In this document: piece after piece, positions 25,133 to 38,442 of the stretch
How the letters are laid out: every line of letters begins with the position of its first letter
Numbering within the stretch: the stretch's first letter is position 1
Source: Dipteris shenzhenensis
Taxonomy: Eukaryota
NCBI GenBank assembly: GCA_047967505.1
Contig: CM106538.1
DNA: 64,000 nt
Direction: 5' to 3' (one strand)
Program-made: the position numbers and the translations under genes
The notes under the pieces: generated by a model
Seen by the model: the letters and a program-made list of their open reading frames with translations, nothing else
Told to the model about the DNA's origin: nothing
The model's database searches: none

Positions 25133-27820
25133 TCCCATTGGGGGGAGATATTAAGTAGCACCTCAATCTTTATGGGGGTTTCTTTTAATGTAATGCATTA
25201 TTACATGGCAATGATTGGATATGTAATAGCACTTTTTCCATTTTATATGGATAGGAACATCTCGATACATGTTTAAAACAAGTAGTTATAGTCGGAGCTA
25301 TTTGATGTATAGGGACCAAAAAGAATGGAATACACTTCCAGTAATGAAGATGGAATTGGACACCTATGATATGGGAATTATGATCCCCATTAGTTAATAA
25401 GGGAGATAACAGGAAATGCCTCCCACTACAAGAAGTAATAGGAAGTGCCCCAATCTCATTGGGGCTTATCTCAATTTAATATATTACTGAGTGGTAATAT
25501 TGAATAGATAATACCAAAATTTCCAATGTATATAGATGTGGATATTTTGACACATGATTAAGGGGATCATAAGTAATAAATCATGTATGATATGCATGGA
25601 CTAAAGAAAAAGGGAGATGGCTTGCATCTATTTGCCAAGAATATTTTCAGACTTGATCGGAATATATTTTTTTGATCCAAGGGAATTGGAATTATAGGAG
25701 ATGCGTGATACAAAATTATACCACAGGAGTATTACTGGAGGAAACTAGATTAGCTAAGATATAGAAATATGAGAGGGTATTAATTCATGCCTTCTAGTCA
25801 TTTTAATGAACAAAAGTTATATTTATAATGGTTATGGAACCACCATGGGTTTAAAATGTATGATGACTTTGAATGGGAAATATATCCACGAAAGGACGAA
25901 TATGGGATTGAAAGGAAACCCATGATATATACCACCAATTGTTTAATGGACTATATGTTGGAGTCATCTTGGAACACTGATTTGTCCATGGGTAAGTAGA
26001 AGGGACATACAAATACCCATAGAGATTGATTTTATCCAAGGAACCCCGGGAGATGAATGAAGGGTAAAGAGAGGGATAAATATTATAATTTGAGTGTTGT
26101 ATTAAGATAGGTTCCTATCCTACCTTACCGAGGTAGATATATACACTAGGATGGGAACTGGGCACTAGTGAATACCGTGCATTGAGCAATTAGGAGATTG
26201 TAGCCAGAGAGATTTTTCACTGACAGGCAGCTGTAGGCATAATTGAAGGCAGTAAGTACCAGAGGACCCCCTGGGAGGGAGAGTCCTCCCCATTGCCCAA
26301 GGTACTGCAACACCCAGAGGGAGATCTAGAAAATAGGGAGCCCGCCAAAGGAGAGCTTGCAAAAGCAGGACTGAGCAAACCCGACTTCGAGACAAGCACC
26401 TCCAGTGGAGAGCAGCCAAGGCAACTTTGCTAGTGAGAAGCATGAGATACTGGAGGCACTGGAGCAAGAGAGACTAGTCCAATGTGAGAAAATAATAGCA
26501 AGATTTGCGAACTTGTGTTCACGCACCGTGAACACTCAAAAAGACGTACTCTATGCAGACAAAGGAGGATGGACGCTCAACAGGTAGGCTATTGCATCAA
26601 TTTGATTAGAAGCACGAAAACTAGGGCAGTATTAAGATGCCCTTAAGTCTCCCATTAGAGCCCATTAGCATGGTAGCCATTAGTAAAACATAGTAGTGCT
26701 CATGATAGTTAAACAATAGAGTTTGAGAAGCTATCTCTCATAATAGACGTGCGTAGCAAGAGAGATGGCGATGAACACTGTGTAGCCACTTCCCACTCGA
26801 TCGTATTGTTGTCTACGTGAATGATTGTTGGGAGGATGTGGGAAGCGAAGTCCACTATGGGACATCTCCCCTAATCCATGGAGATTGATCCAATAGTGTG
26901 GATTACCGTAGACTCGAGTCCTTTGGTTGGTAGTGAGCTCTTTGGTTGGTAGCGGAGCAGTAGCATGCATGCTGTAGCGCTTCTTTTATGAAGACAGTAT
27001 AAGGGTCAGCTTACCCCGAGGTGCGCCTCCATGATTCCTTACGTACTCTCATTTGTGAAGCACCTCCACAACAAACGAGTTTAATGAATAGACAGAGAGT
27101 TTCAACAATGCAAGCAGATCATCGAAGACCAAGAAGCAGCTGTCACGTAGCTCCCAATGAGCAACGGCAAATTAAAAAGGAGGGATTGGACCTCTGCCAC
27201 GTTCTCACCCCGCACTGATGTATAGAAGCATACTAGCAAGAACCACACACTCTGTTTACTTGAGAAACTCTATGAAAGCCTGTGAGCCAGAGAGTTCATG
27301 ACTCGGTTGGCATAGTGAGGATCCTAGTTGTGGGACTCTTGAGACAGCTCCAAGATATTAGGGTCTGTAGTATACTAGCGACCAACTATAAAACATCCTC
27401 ATGGAGCTCAATGTCCAAGCCATGACTTGTAGCCACAATGGAGATATGGGCTTCTCCCCTCGAGCTTCCTACCCTCTATTCCCTTGGCCTGCATCTCATA
27501 CTGACCGCCATTATAGGCCATCTTTCCAACTCTTCTTCCCAAGCCCTCAGGGATACCTTCATCTCTCTTTTCTTCACTTCCGCCCTCTGCAACAAAGATT
27601 CATAGTGATACGGATATCTCATTCCCACCACAGTGTGCAATATTCATGCATAGGAAGTAGAAGCTAAGGGAGTATGATTCCTGCAATTAGAAATAGTAAA
27701 GTTGAAGTTCAATGAATTAATGAAATGAATGATTCAAAGGTATTAAAGGTATTTGATTTTGAATGTATCAAGGATGTTGGAATGAGATGTGAATTAGAGT
27801 AGTAGAAATGTAGGTTGAAA

Positions 27821-27950
<130 letters not shown>

Positions 27951-28603
27951 TATGCTTTTTATATTTAAAAATTAGACTAGCCATTATAGCTAGACCATGA
28001 CTTTAATCTTTCCTTAGTCAATCATCTGATAGTCCGTGAGGTACTAATCTAAGAAGGTGCATTGCTATTAAGCACTAGATAATCCATGATGTGCTAAAAA
28101 CATTATAACAGGTTATACAACCTATGTTAAGCCAATGCATTAGGATTAAATACGGGCTCATTATGTGTTAATGACAACCGTTGGATAAAACATATGACTT
28201 TGTAATGACCAAAAGTCTAAAAGACTACTATAGCACATGGGCTTGGGAGTGCTCATTAAAATAAAGGGTGTTAAAGTAAATAAAGTCTATGCACACATAT
28301 TACAAGTAACTTTGTATGAAAGTTCATGTTTGGAATGAAACGACGAACGATGAGGAACTGACTATGTCAGTCGAGTACATAGATGGCTATATAAGCCTCC
28401 CATACACGCCTCTACAAACTCGAATTGTGGATTCTATGAGACACAACTCATACTTGTGCTCTGCCTTCAGTCTCAGCAAGTATTCTTCTTCTAATTCATC
28501 TTCTTTGCTTGCATACATAGCTAGTAAGCTTCCCATAAAGTATCACAGCACGAGTGAATATACAAGCCTTGGCTGACTGACAAGATGGAGGATAGCACGT
28601 GAT

Positions 28604-28637
<34 letters not shown>

Positions 28638-28677
28638 CACACACACACACACATGCATGCATGCACACATGCACACA
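28604..28677. repeat. (CA)n / (CATG)n microsatellite
   Basis: Read directly. Confidence 0.9.
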
Positions 28678-28855
28678 AATGTTGTCACATTAGGTGGCAT
28701 GAAATGGGCCTAAACACCTAGGACTAATAAAGGGATCACATGATGTAGTGTATAGCACACTGCCTTTGTGGATGTGCACTTTCAAGAGGATGGAATTTTG
28801 TAATAGAAATCTTATTAATCTAAATGGTTTAGGATCTAAATATGGATTAGTTTAT

Positions 28856-29529
28856 TGTTAACCCATTTCCATGGTTAACACATTGGCCATCCATGTTCGA
28901 TTAGATCTAGGGATTTTGTGCACATTTGCACTACATTGTATTACATTATTGGTGCACAAAGCATATGGTTTGCACCATAGGTTAGGAGGATTACATCCCC
29001 ATCCACATCTTGTTGGTTGCAATCCATGTGGCCTGTCATTGTATAACATGTGGCATAGAGGTTACCCTCTTTGATCTATATATTAAGAGCATGGCAAGAG
29101 TAGTGCTCATTCCTGCTAGCCCTAATTGGAATCCACTCTTGTGTCCTTGTGTCAACATGAGTTCTTGTCTCCTTCTTGATGCTCTTGTGTGGAAGAGTTG
29201 CATTGAGTGTGAGAGGCTGCATAGCTAGAGCTTGTGTAGCTAGGATGGGAGCACCTCATGATAATGCCCATGCCTTGTGCATGGCTAGAGTGGGTGATTA
29301 AGTGCTAAAGGAACAGGTTGAGAGGTAAGTGCGAGTTTAAAGAGAGATGAGAGAGAATGAGAGAGGAGTTGAGTCCTTTCTTATTTTGGTATTTGTTGTT
29401 TTATTTACGTTAATTTAGGTAAAGGCTAGATTAAATTTCTATTTTCTTGAGCTTGAGTTTTGGTCTCTCTCCTCCTATGTGGCTTCTAGTGCCATGTAGA
29501 TGCCTGGTGTGTTATTTGAAGGCTTAACA
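28856..29529 (+). repeat. LTR (probably a 5' LTR) followed by a degenerate Asp-type PBS
   Basis: tgttaacccatttcc...gaaggcttaaca, then tggttttattgccgag; inverted homolog at 29593-30506. Confidence 0.8.
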
Positions 29530-29592
29530 TTTTGGTTTTATTGCCGAGCCTTGGACTCGAGTCACTCGAGTGAGAGTGACTATCCTTCAAAA

Positions 29593-30506
29593 TGTTGAGC
29601 CTTAAATAGCACATGGGAATTGGAAGTGCCTCAAACAGCACATGCACTAGAAGCCACATAGGAGGCAAGAAACCCAAAACCCAACCTCAATAATACATCA
29701 ATTTAATTTAACCTATTCTAAAAGGGAAATACAACCTAAAACCTAACCTAGCCTAAAGAAAAAAACACATAGCAAAATAAGAGAAGGATTAAACTCTCTC
29801 TCTCTCTCTCATCTCTCTTTCAACTCACTCTCACCTCTCCACCTTTTCTTTTAGCAATAGTCTCCCACTCTAACCATGCACAATGAATGGGCATCATTAT
29901 GACATGTTCCCATCCTAACCACACAATCTCTAGCCATGCAAGCATGTATTGAATGGGGTAAATCAAGTCTCTACAAAAGGAGGAAATCAAGTACACGACC
30001 CATGTATCTCACTACTACAAATGAAGAACCTCCAAGACAAGAAGAAAGGAATGCTGCCGATGCAATTGCAAGACTCCTTCCACACCAAACACCACACTAC
30101 ATGAAGATCTTCAACCAAGATCTAGTGCATCTAAGTTATGAAAAGTCTCTCACACTCAAAGCAAACCTTCCACACAAGAGCATCAAGAAGGAGACAAGTA
30201 CTCATGTTAAGACAAGGACATAAAAGTGGATTTCAACTAGGGATAGACGGAATGAGTCCTCCTCTCACCATGCTCTCAATATATAGATCAAAGACGGTCA
30301 CCTTTGTGCCATATGTCATACAATGAGAGGCCACATCAATTGCAACCAATAGGATGTGGAGGGGGATGCAATCCTCCTAGCCTATGGTCCAAACCATGTG
30401 CTATGTGCACCAATAATGTAATGCAATGTACTGCAAATGTGCACACAAGCCCTAGATCTAATCGAACATGGATGACCAATGAGTTAACCATGGAAATGGG
30501 TTAACG
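29593..30506 (-). repeat. 3' LTR of the minus-strand gypsy element
   Basis: Minus strand reads PPT agtgggggca, then cgttaacccatttcc...aaggctcaaca; same family as 28856-29529 with ~240 bp extra internal sequence. Confidence 0.82.
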
Positions 30507-31260
30507 TGCCCCCACTTACAGTAAAGTACATTCCAACCTCAAAATGTGAATGTGAAACGTACATTAATGTAAGTGCAAAATATAGGGAATAGAAAATATG
30601 GCTCAAGGGGAAAATGCTGGCCGATGAGGAAATGTGCAAGATGCATGTTGATGAGGTACATGTTGATGTAGAAAGAGACTTCCCCTTAGATGATGTGGTA
30701 ATGAGAGGGGGAGGAGTTTCTATAGCATTAGGAAATAAAGGGGTGCATGACAATAATGATGGGGTGTTTTTCAATGAAAACTCAAGATGGCCTGAAAGTG
30801 GAGATAAAGGAGCTAGCATATCCAAAGGTGTTGATGAAGTATCCATGAATGTGCAAAGAGAATCTTCCTCAAAGAATGGAGAAATGAGGGGACAAGAGGT
30901 CTCCACAACATCATGTAAGGGAGGGGTCCTTGTAGGTGAATGAAGGCTTAGAGGGGCAGTCAATGATGATGATAAATCATGGGATGCCTCACTTGGTGGA
31001 ACAAACAAAGGACCATATTGCATAACATCCCACTGGCGATCTATATGAAAAAAGCCAAGATGATCCTACAATGTGGCAAGAAGTGTGGTAAACCTTGGAG
31101 TGCTATCACAAGTAGAACAAAACATGTCATCATGATGTGCAGTCCATGAACCCTAGAGTGTGTCATAGAGCTCATCACATGCATACTAGAGAAATGTTAT
31201 CGATGATCACAAATCATTGTAGCTACAAAGGAAAAGTGATATGTAGCTAGGGTAGTTTCA
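30507..31260 (-). other. S/P/T-rich ORF-like segment just upstream of the PPT
   Basis: 179-aa ORF 30484-31023 with an upstream in-frame extension through stops (CDELYDTL*GSWTAHHDDMFCSTCD...). Confidence 0.3.
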
Positions 31261-33934
31261 TGCTGTGGAGGTGGCATACAAAGGCATACATCAATGAGGG
31301 GAGATGGGGAATGTGAAGTAATACATTTCTAATGGGGGGGAGAAGGAAGGTGAATAATATTATGTGCAAGCTGGTCCATCCCATGCTCGAAATGCATGAA
31401 CATATACATGATCTAGGACTGTGAGCTTGTACGAATATGAAAAAGATGATTGAGCACATGGTGTTGACTTCAATGTTGATGATATAGAGTGGAGGAAAGA
31501 AAGAAAGAAAAAGAAAAAGGGGAAAGAGGGGGGGGAAAGGGAAAAGCAAGTGGGTAGGATTAAATTTATTAAAGGGATGGATGGGGTAAGGGGGTGAAAA
31601 AAAATATAAAAAGGAAAAAAAAGAGGGTGAAAAAAAATATAAAAAGGACCAATATTTTTAGTGGGTGGAGAAAAAGTAGACGGGAAAAAGGAGTGGGAAG
31701 GATTAAAATTTTGAAGGGGTGAATGGGATGAGGGGGAATGAGAGGAGAGGATAGGAGTATGAGGTGGTGGGGCAATGTGGGAAGCTTAGTGGTGAGGTAC
31801 ATGATAGGTGGTGGAGAGCATAGAGGGGTATGAAGTGGTGGAGGGGATAAGGGATTAAGGGTATGTGGAGGGGGTGAGGTAGAACATACGTTGTGGAGGG
31901 GATAAGGGATTAGGGTATGAGGGTTGAGGTGGTAAAGGTAGAGGGGGGGGGTGGGGTAAAATAGGGTTTCACCAACCCAACATCTTCCTGCTTAGCTCCA
32001 TGCTATTGCCTCGACAGAGACCTCCTTCGTACTATTGCTCACCTCAAAATTGTAGCTCGAGTGCTTTGAGAATCTGATGGGACAGTGGCCTCTGGAATAG
32101 GGTGAGGGTGGAGACCTAGGTCAGCTTCGAATTCGGAAAAGTCATGTTTGGACTCCATCGCAAATAGGAGGGGGAGTTGAGTGACGAGGAAATCGATGGA
32201 TGAGGAAGAACAGGAGGACATAAATTTGCTGGTGGGGATGTAGAGGAAGTGGGCAAGAAATTGTCAGATTTTTGGATAAATTTTGATAGAGTTTTGCTGT
32301 AACAGCTATGGCGATGACCTGACAGGATAGGCCTGCTTTTATAGATTTCTACCCCCCCAACCGAAGGGATATTGGTATGGCGACAGTCGATGCTGAATTT
32401 AATGGTGACGGTTGGTGGTGAACCTCGATGGCGATAGTTGGCGTGGAGTGTCTTATGCCGCAACGGGCATGGTACTCAAATGTTGACGAGGCGGTGCTAT
32501 TTTGGATGGTGATGATCCGTTGGGTATCATGATCACGATGGTCAATGGCACTATGAACATTTCGATGACGATCAATGGTGTAATGGCTTGGCAATGGTCA
32601 GTGGTGTAATGGCTTGGCAATGATCGACGGCGAACATTTCAACGGCGGTCGGTGGGGAACATGTTGGCGATGATCGGTGGTGAACATTTCGATGAGAGTC
32701 AGTAGGGTAGTGACTATGTAAAAAGAGGGAAAAGAGGAGGGAGGAGTGGGGTGGGGGAAAATGTGGACTGAACAGAGTGCACTTGTGTGGTGCAATGTGA
32801 TAGTGAGGTCAACATGCAAGAGCATGAACACTTGTAAAAGATGCAAGAGCGGCTGATCGTGTGTGTGCGTGCGGTGTGTTCAGTAGGGACTAGTGGCTAT
32901 GGGTGCATCGAGTGATATGCCTACTATACTGACTCACCTCGACATAGACGTGATGATTATGATGAATGTAGTAGAAGCAGCGCCATACTACAGCATAGCG
33001 AGTGAGGAGCCATGTAGAGTATGCATCCAGCTTGTTCCTTACCTTGGATGCCAGCGGCACCTTTGTGTCGGACTTTGTTGTTGTTGTGGGGTTAGATCTC
33101 CTTGGAGAATGAGCTTTCATGAATCTATCTATGGGGCTGGCCCCTACTTGTGTGAGTAGGGCGGTGCCATTACCTTCGAGTGTCCGTCCCTAGGGCAAGG
33201 TTCTTGTGTATCTCTTTGTGGGGTGGAATTCGGTTCCTGTAGAGTTTCTCGACTGGTGGTGGCGATGTTTGTGTTAAGTTGGACCGCCCTTGGCACCAGT
33301 GCATATTGGGTACCTTGAGGCTGGCCTATTGTGTTCGGTTCATTGTGGCAGGTTCTTGTGTTATTGTATCCCAAGAAGACATAGGCTTTTGTGGTGCTAC
33401 CTTCGATGCCTTCGGGAGTTGCCCTGTCTTTTTCTAGATCTAGGTGACTTTGTTGCCGTGACCACCCAAGCCGGCGATGTTTCTTGAAATGTCAGTGATG
33501 CGTAGCAGCGGCGGATGAGGCATGAGCTCACGGTGAAGCTTTCTTTGGTTAGTGCATGTGTGTGGGGGAAGCGATCTTAAGGTGACTAGAGCTATTGTTG
33601 CAGCGTTACCGCTCTAGGCATCAGCTCCGATCGAAGTGACATTGGGCATAGAGGATAGCATCTTGTACTTGCAGCTCTCGAACTTCTTGAGTGGAGGATG
33701 GTAGCATTGGTTGAGTGTGCAATGGCAGTGGTTTACCACTATGGTGAGCTTTCTTCTCTTTTTGAGTTGGGCCCTTAAGCAGTGTGCTAGTGGAGGCTGG
33801 GGCTTCCAAATAGCTTTGTTGTGTTGCTTCATTTTTGCATATCGACGAGGTCAAGGCTGAAGAGGGGGGCTTGGTCTGCATGGGTAGACTACTGCCGTTT
33901 GACCACCATTGGTAAGCGAAGCAGTTCGGGTGTG

Positions 33935-34270
33935 CTAGTCGATTTGGCAGTCGACAACGTAGCACCAGGTTCTTCCTAGAATAATTTGCCCTTCGGTGGC
34001 TTCTGTAGGGAGAACATAAAAGTGTATATCCGCAGCTTGGTGAACAACCATTAGACTTAGATTTACATAACCCAAGGTTTGCAGAAGTTGGCTGTCTATA
34101 TAGCCCTTATTGAGGCAATAGTGAGGGTTAGAGGTACATGTAGCTTTTCCCATACCTCTTGGGAGATGAAGTTGTGGCTCGCTCCTGGGTCCACGAGTGC
34201 TTTGATGCACATGTGCGGTACCTGTAGCTAAACAAGCAACCTGGCTAGCTCTATTGTTAGCCATCCATTA
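33935..34270 (-). pseudogene. Second retropepsin-like aspartic protease domain downstream of integrase
   Basis: CIKALVDPGASHNFISQEVWEKL (Asp codon at 34191-34189); after one frameshift, LGYVNLSLMVVHQAADIHFYVLPTEATEGQIILGRTWCYVVDCQID. Confidence 0.8.
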
Positions 34271-34289
34271 GTTGCATTTATTCAGTCGT

Positions 34290-37200
34290 TGCCTTAAGAA
34301 GGGTCATTTGTCTACGCTATCAGATCTTAGCATTATGGATTCTAGCTTCCTCAATGGCCTGGCACTTCATCCTAGCCACCTCTGCCTTGAGTTCCTTTTC
34401 TCTATGCACGGCTTGAAGGGTGGAGATAATGAGTGGTTCGTAGTATCTTTTCAATTTGCTTCCGTTTAGATAGCCATCCATTTCTATTCCATCAAGGGTG
34501 GCTATTCGGCATGACCCTTGAGGAGTGATCTCAACTATGTGGTAAGGACCATACCTCGATACTTAAGCTTATGTTTGGTGTTGCGGACACTGTACAAGAG
34601 TGCCAAGTCTCCTTTTGCCAGGTCCTTGTTCTTAAGGTTGTGGTCGAACCACTTTTTATGTCGAGCCTTTTCTACTCGGAGGGAGTAGGCTCTGCTCGCA
34701 ACCTTGTCTCTTCTAGCTTTTCAAGGTCGACTAGCCTTTCGGCCAGTGCGTCTTTCATGAGTCTTTCTTTTATGGCAAGACGGAGGCTAGGCACTACATC
34801 CATTGGCATTATTGCTCTTCCTTCTACCACTTAGTGAAGTAGTCGATGGTGAGTATGATGTATCGTGCCCTGGTCCCCTTAGCGACTAGTCTTATGGGAC
34901 CGATGAAATCGATGCCCCATTTCTTGAAGGGTTGGTCGACCAGAATTTTAGTCAGGGGCATCATGTCTGCCCTGTGGGATTTGGATGCACTGGTAGGAGT
35001 CACATCGTTTGACAAATTTGACAGCGTCTCCGAAGAGTGTTGGCCCCACCAGAGACCAGCTTGCAACACTTCACGTGCTGTAACCTCAGTGGCAAAATGG
35101 CCTTCTACAATTCTTGAGTGGGCTTCTTCAAGCACCTTGATGTATTCATGTTCGCACACGCATCTTCACAGTATGCCATCCTTACCCATGCGGTAGAGTT
35201 GCCTTGCTATTAGTTGATATGGCACTGCATCCTTAATGAGTTTACGGGCTCTATCCTTCTTGAGGTCCTAGCCTAGGGGTAGTCCATTAAGCAAGTAGTC
35301 CTAGGGGTAGTCCATTGGCCAAGTAGTGGTTGATTTCAGTAACCCATTCTGGAATGGCGCCGAGGAAGAAGAGGGAAGCATCTAGGAGATCATCTTCTAC
35401 TCCTGTTGGAGCTTCGCCGTTTTGGATCCTCAATAGGTGGTCGGCTAGAACGTGGGTTTTACCCTTATGCACAATGACTGTGAGGTTGAATTCTAGTAGG
35501 ATCAGCATCCACCTAGTGATGCATCCAGTCATGTAGGGTTTGTTGACCAAATATAGCAATGCTTGATGGTCCACAAAGAAGACAAACTTGTTGGCTAACA
35601 AGTAGTGCATGAACTTCTTAACTGCATAGACCATGGCAAGATCCTCCCTCTCAGTGGTAGTGTAGTTAACTTCGGCCTCATTTAGTTGACAGCTCGCAAA
35701 GTATACTAGGTAATCCAAATTATGCTCCCCGGGTTGGGCTAACACACATCTAATGGCAAAGTTAGAGGCATCAATGTGGACATGGAATATTAAATTCTAG
35801 TCAGGAGACCTCAATACTGGTGCAGTGGCTAGAGCTAGCTTGAGGGTTTCAAAGGATGTTTGGCACTCTTTGGTCCACTCAAAGGATACTAGCAGCTTGT
35901 ATAACGGGTTGGATGTATTGGCATAGAATAAGATAAATCTTCGATAATAGCCCCTATGGCCAGTAAATCGTTCTCCCTTAGCGTTGGTGGAAGGTGGTAA
36001 CTCCAAGAAGAGTTTGATTTTGTTGTGGTCCATAGAGATTCCATTCTGGGATAGTATGTGCCCTAGGATGACACCATGTTTGACCCAAAACTGGCACTTA
36101 AGGGGGTTGAGGGATATGCGGTATAAGCTGCACTTCTCGAGGACGAGCCTGAGATACTTCAAGTGGTCATCTCATTTTGAGTTCATGCCGATATTGTCCA
36201 AGAAGACTTCCACAAAGTCCCTCAGGTATTCCTTGAATACCGTGATCATCATACGTTGGAAGGTAGCCGGGGCATTGGTTAGTCTGAATATCATAACCCT
36301 GGCTGCATATACACCCCATTCGATTGTGAAGGTGGTCTTGTGTTGATCTTGGGGGCAATTGAGACTTGGTTTTAACCTGAAAATCCATCTAGGAAGCTAT
36401 ATGCTTTCTTTCCAGCTACCCTTTCTATGAATGGCAAGGGGTAGTAGTCACGTCTCGTGGCCACATTCACCTTCTTCAAATCCACGCATATTCTGATTTT
36501 TCCATTTTTCTTCAAGACTATCACAATCGGTGATACCTAGTCTGTATGCTCGATCTCATAGATGAATCCTGCATCTATGAGTTTTTGGATTTCTTCCCTC
36601 ACTATGAGTACATAATTAGGATTCACAGGGTAGGGGCGTTGCCATACTGGCCTGACATTATCCATCATGGGGATTGTATGCTGCACTATTGTAGCAGGTA
36701 TTCCTTTCATGTCAGTGTATTTCCAAGCCATGCAGTCCTTATATTCTCGTAGGAGAGCTATTAAGGCATTCTCCTCACTGGGAGTGAGGTCATCGGCAAC
36801 AAATATGAGCTATGGGTCCTGCCCTTATGGGGCTGTTGGTATAGGATCTTATGATCCTGGATAGTACAGGCCTTGTAGTGGGCTGATAATTGCCGTAGGT
36901 ATTCCTTATCCTCAATCTCCTTCTCTTTTTCTGTCGAAGTAGTGGACTTTTTGGTGTTAGCCTTGCCTTTTGATACAGGGGATTTGGGACTAGAAGGGGG
37001 CTCTTCCTTTGTACTTATAGAGCCGACGGGGGTGGTTACCTTACCATGTTTCCCCAATTAGAGGAGAACTTGTGGTGGGTAGTCATGGCACCTACTTAGG
37101 TCAGCCAGTGAAGATATGATTTTACCCTTACTACTCCCTTGCTTACCTCTCAGGGTTTGAGCATGTTGAACATCCTTAGGGGAACCACTGGGGTCAGACC

Positions 37201-37575
37201 CTCGAGCTCTGGGGTGGTGATCTGAAACCCTACTCTTTTCGAGACATCTATGTTGGCTAAGATGTGCATCCAGTTCTGTGAGAATTCTGGCTTGGGAAGA
37301 GGTGCATACTAGAAGTCGTCAAACTCCTTCTCATCCTCTTCCTTGTCATAGGGTTGGAATAGCTTTACAGAGGTGGTTTGGGCAGTGGTGTCAGACTCTA
37401 CGAAAGAGGTGTCTTGACAATGGGTGGGCCTTGTAGGTGTGTAGGTCCACTCTCATGTTTGCTCCTCGTGCCACAAGTAGCTATTATCATTGCGCCAGTC
37501 ATGCACGAGCCTGGACATTCGCAAGAAGGGCCTGCCTAGGATAGCTTCATATCCTAGCTGTCGAGTGAAGTCCAT
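34290..37575 (-). pseudogene. pol pseudogene (protease C-terminus, RT, RNase H, integrase with core deletion)
   Basis: YEAILGRPFL...HDW; AWKYTDMKGIP, GFIYEIEHTD, TNAPATFQR; NYTTTERE...FVDHQAL; EGHF, KWGIDFIGP, IDYFTKW, PYHIVEI, LNGSKLKRYY. Confidence 0.92.
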
Positions 37576-38442
37576 ATGGTGACCATAGGTCCGGCCCGTT
37601 TGGAGCCTCAGATGATCCCGAATGGCTGTGGGTCGAACGGTGACTATAGGTCGGTTGCTCTGTTTTGTGCACTAGTTCAATCGTATGGTCGGTGGCCTAT
37701 TTCGAGACTGTCGACCGTTTTGGGGGGACTGCATCGGCCACCCAATTGAGCCTAACCGACTACGACTGGTGGCTATATAAGAGCAAGCCCGTGAAGCCCA
37801 TTTCATCACTGGCTACAATGACCCTGATTCCTTAACATCTAGCCTCCGTCTTCTACTATTTCCAGCACGCCATCGAAGCTTCTTTCACAGGAGCGACGGT
37901 TGGGAGGCAGCGCCATCTATTGTATCAGTTCTACAGTAATCAAATTTTTGATTCTCCATACTGTCTTGTTTTCTTTCTTGCGTACGAGATCCTGTTATCT
38001 GTTGAGCACATACGTTGTATTATTTTCTTACAAATGCGATGGTGATGGGGAACAATTATGACCATGGATGGAGGGGTGGGTTCACCGCACCAGCGGCGAG
38101 GGGGGTAGTAGAATAGCAATGGTTGGTAGGAAACCACTATAGCGCCGATCAATGGCTTGTCAGGTCAATGCAAAAGTAACTCTAACATGCATTAACTTCG
38201 AGCGACGAGGTAACTTGTAGTCAGAGGTTAGGTCGGTGGGGAAGTGCTATGGCATTGGGTCAATGCAAGTTGATTGATGGGATCCGGTTAATGCATTGAT
38301 CAGCAGGGAAATCGGTCGATGCGATACGCTACAATGCTGACTCGGTGGGATAGTCATACACAATTTTGCCGACTGAGATTTGATGAGTTCTGAGAAATTT
38401 GCAGTTTCAATTCATGATTTTTTGTGATGGGGGGGTGCTACA
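37576..38442 (+). repeat. LTR-like fragment replacing gag and the protease N-terminus (strand uncertain)
   Basis: Protease homology stops abruptly at 37575; contains ggctatataag (~37770); ends ggggggtgctaca, a typical LTR terminus. Confidence 0.5.

Larger units (their letters stand above)
29593..37575 (-). mobile_element. 5'-truncated Athila-like Ty3/gypsy element with a second protease domain after integrase
   Basis: On the minus strand: protease C-terminus, RT, RNase H, integrase, second protease, long 3' region, PPT and LTR. Linking pol to this LTR is inferred from orientation and order. Confidence 0.75.
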
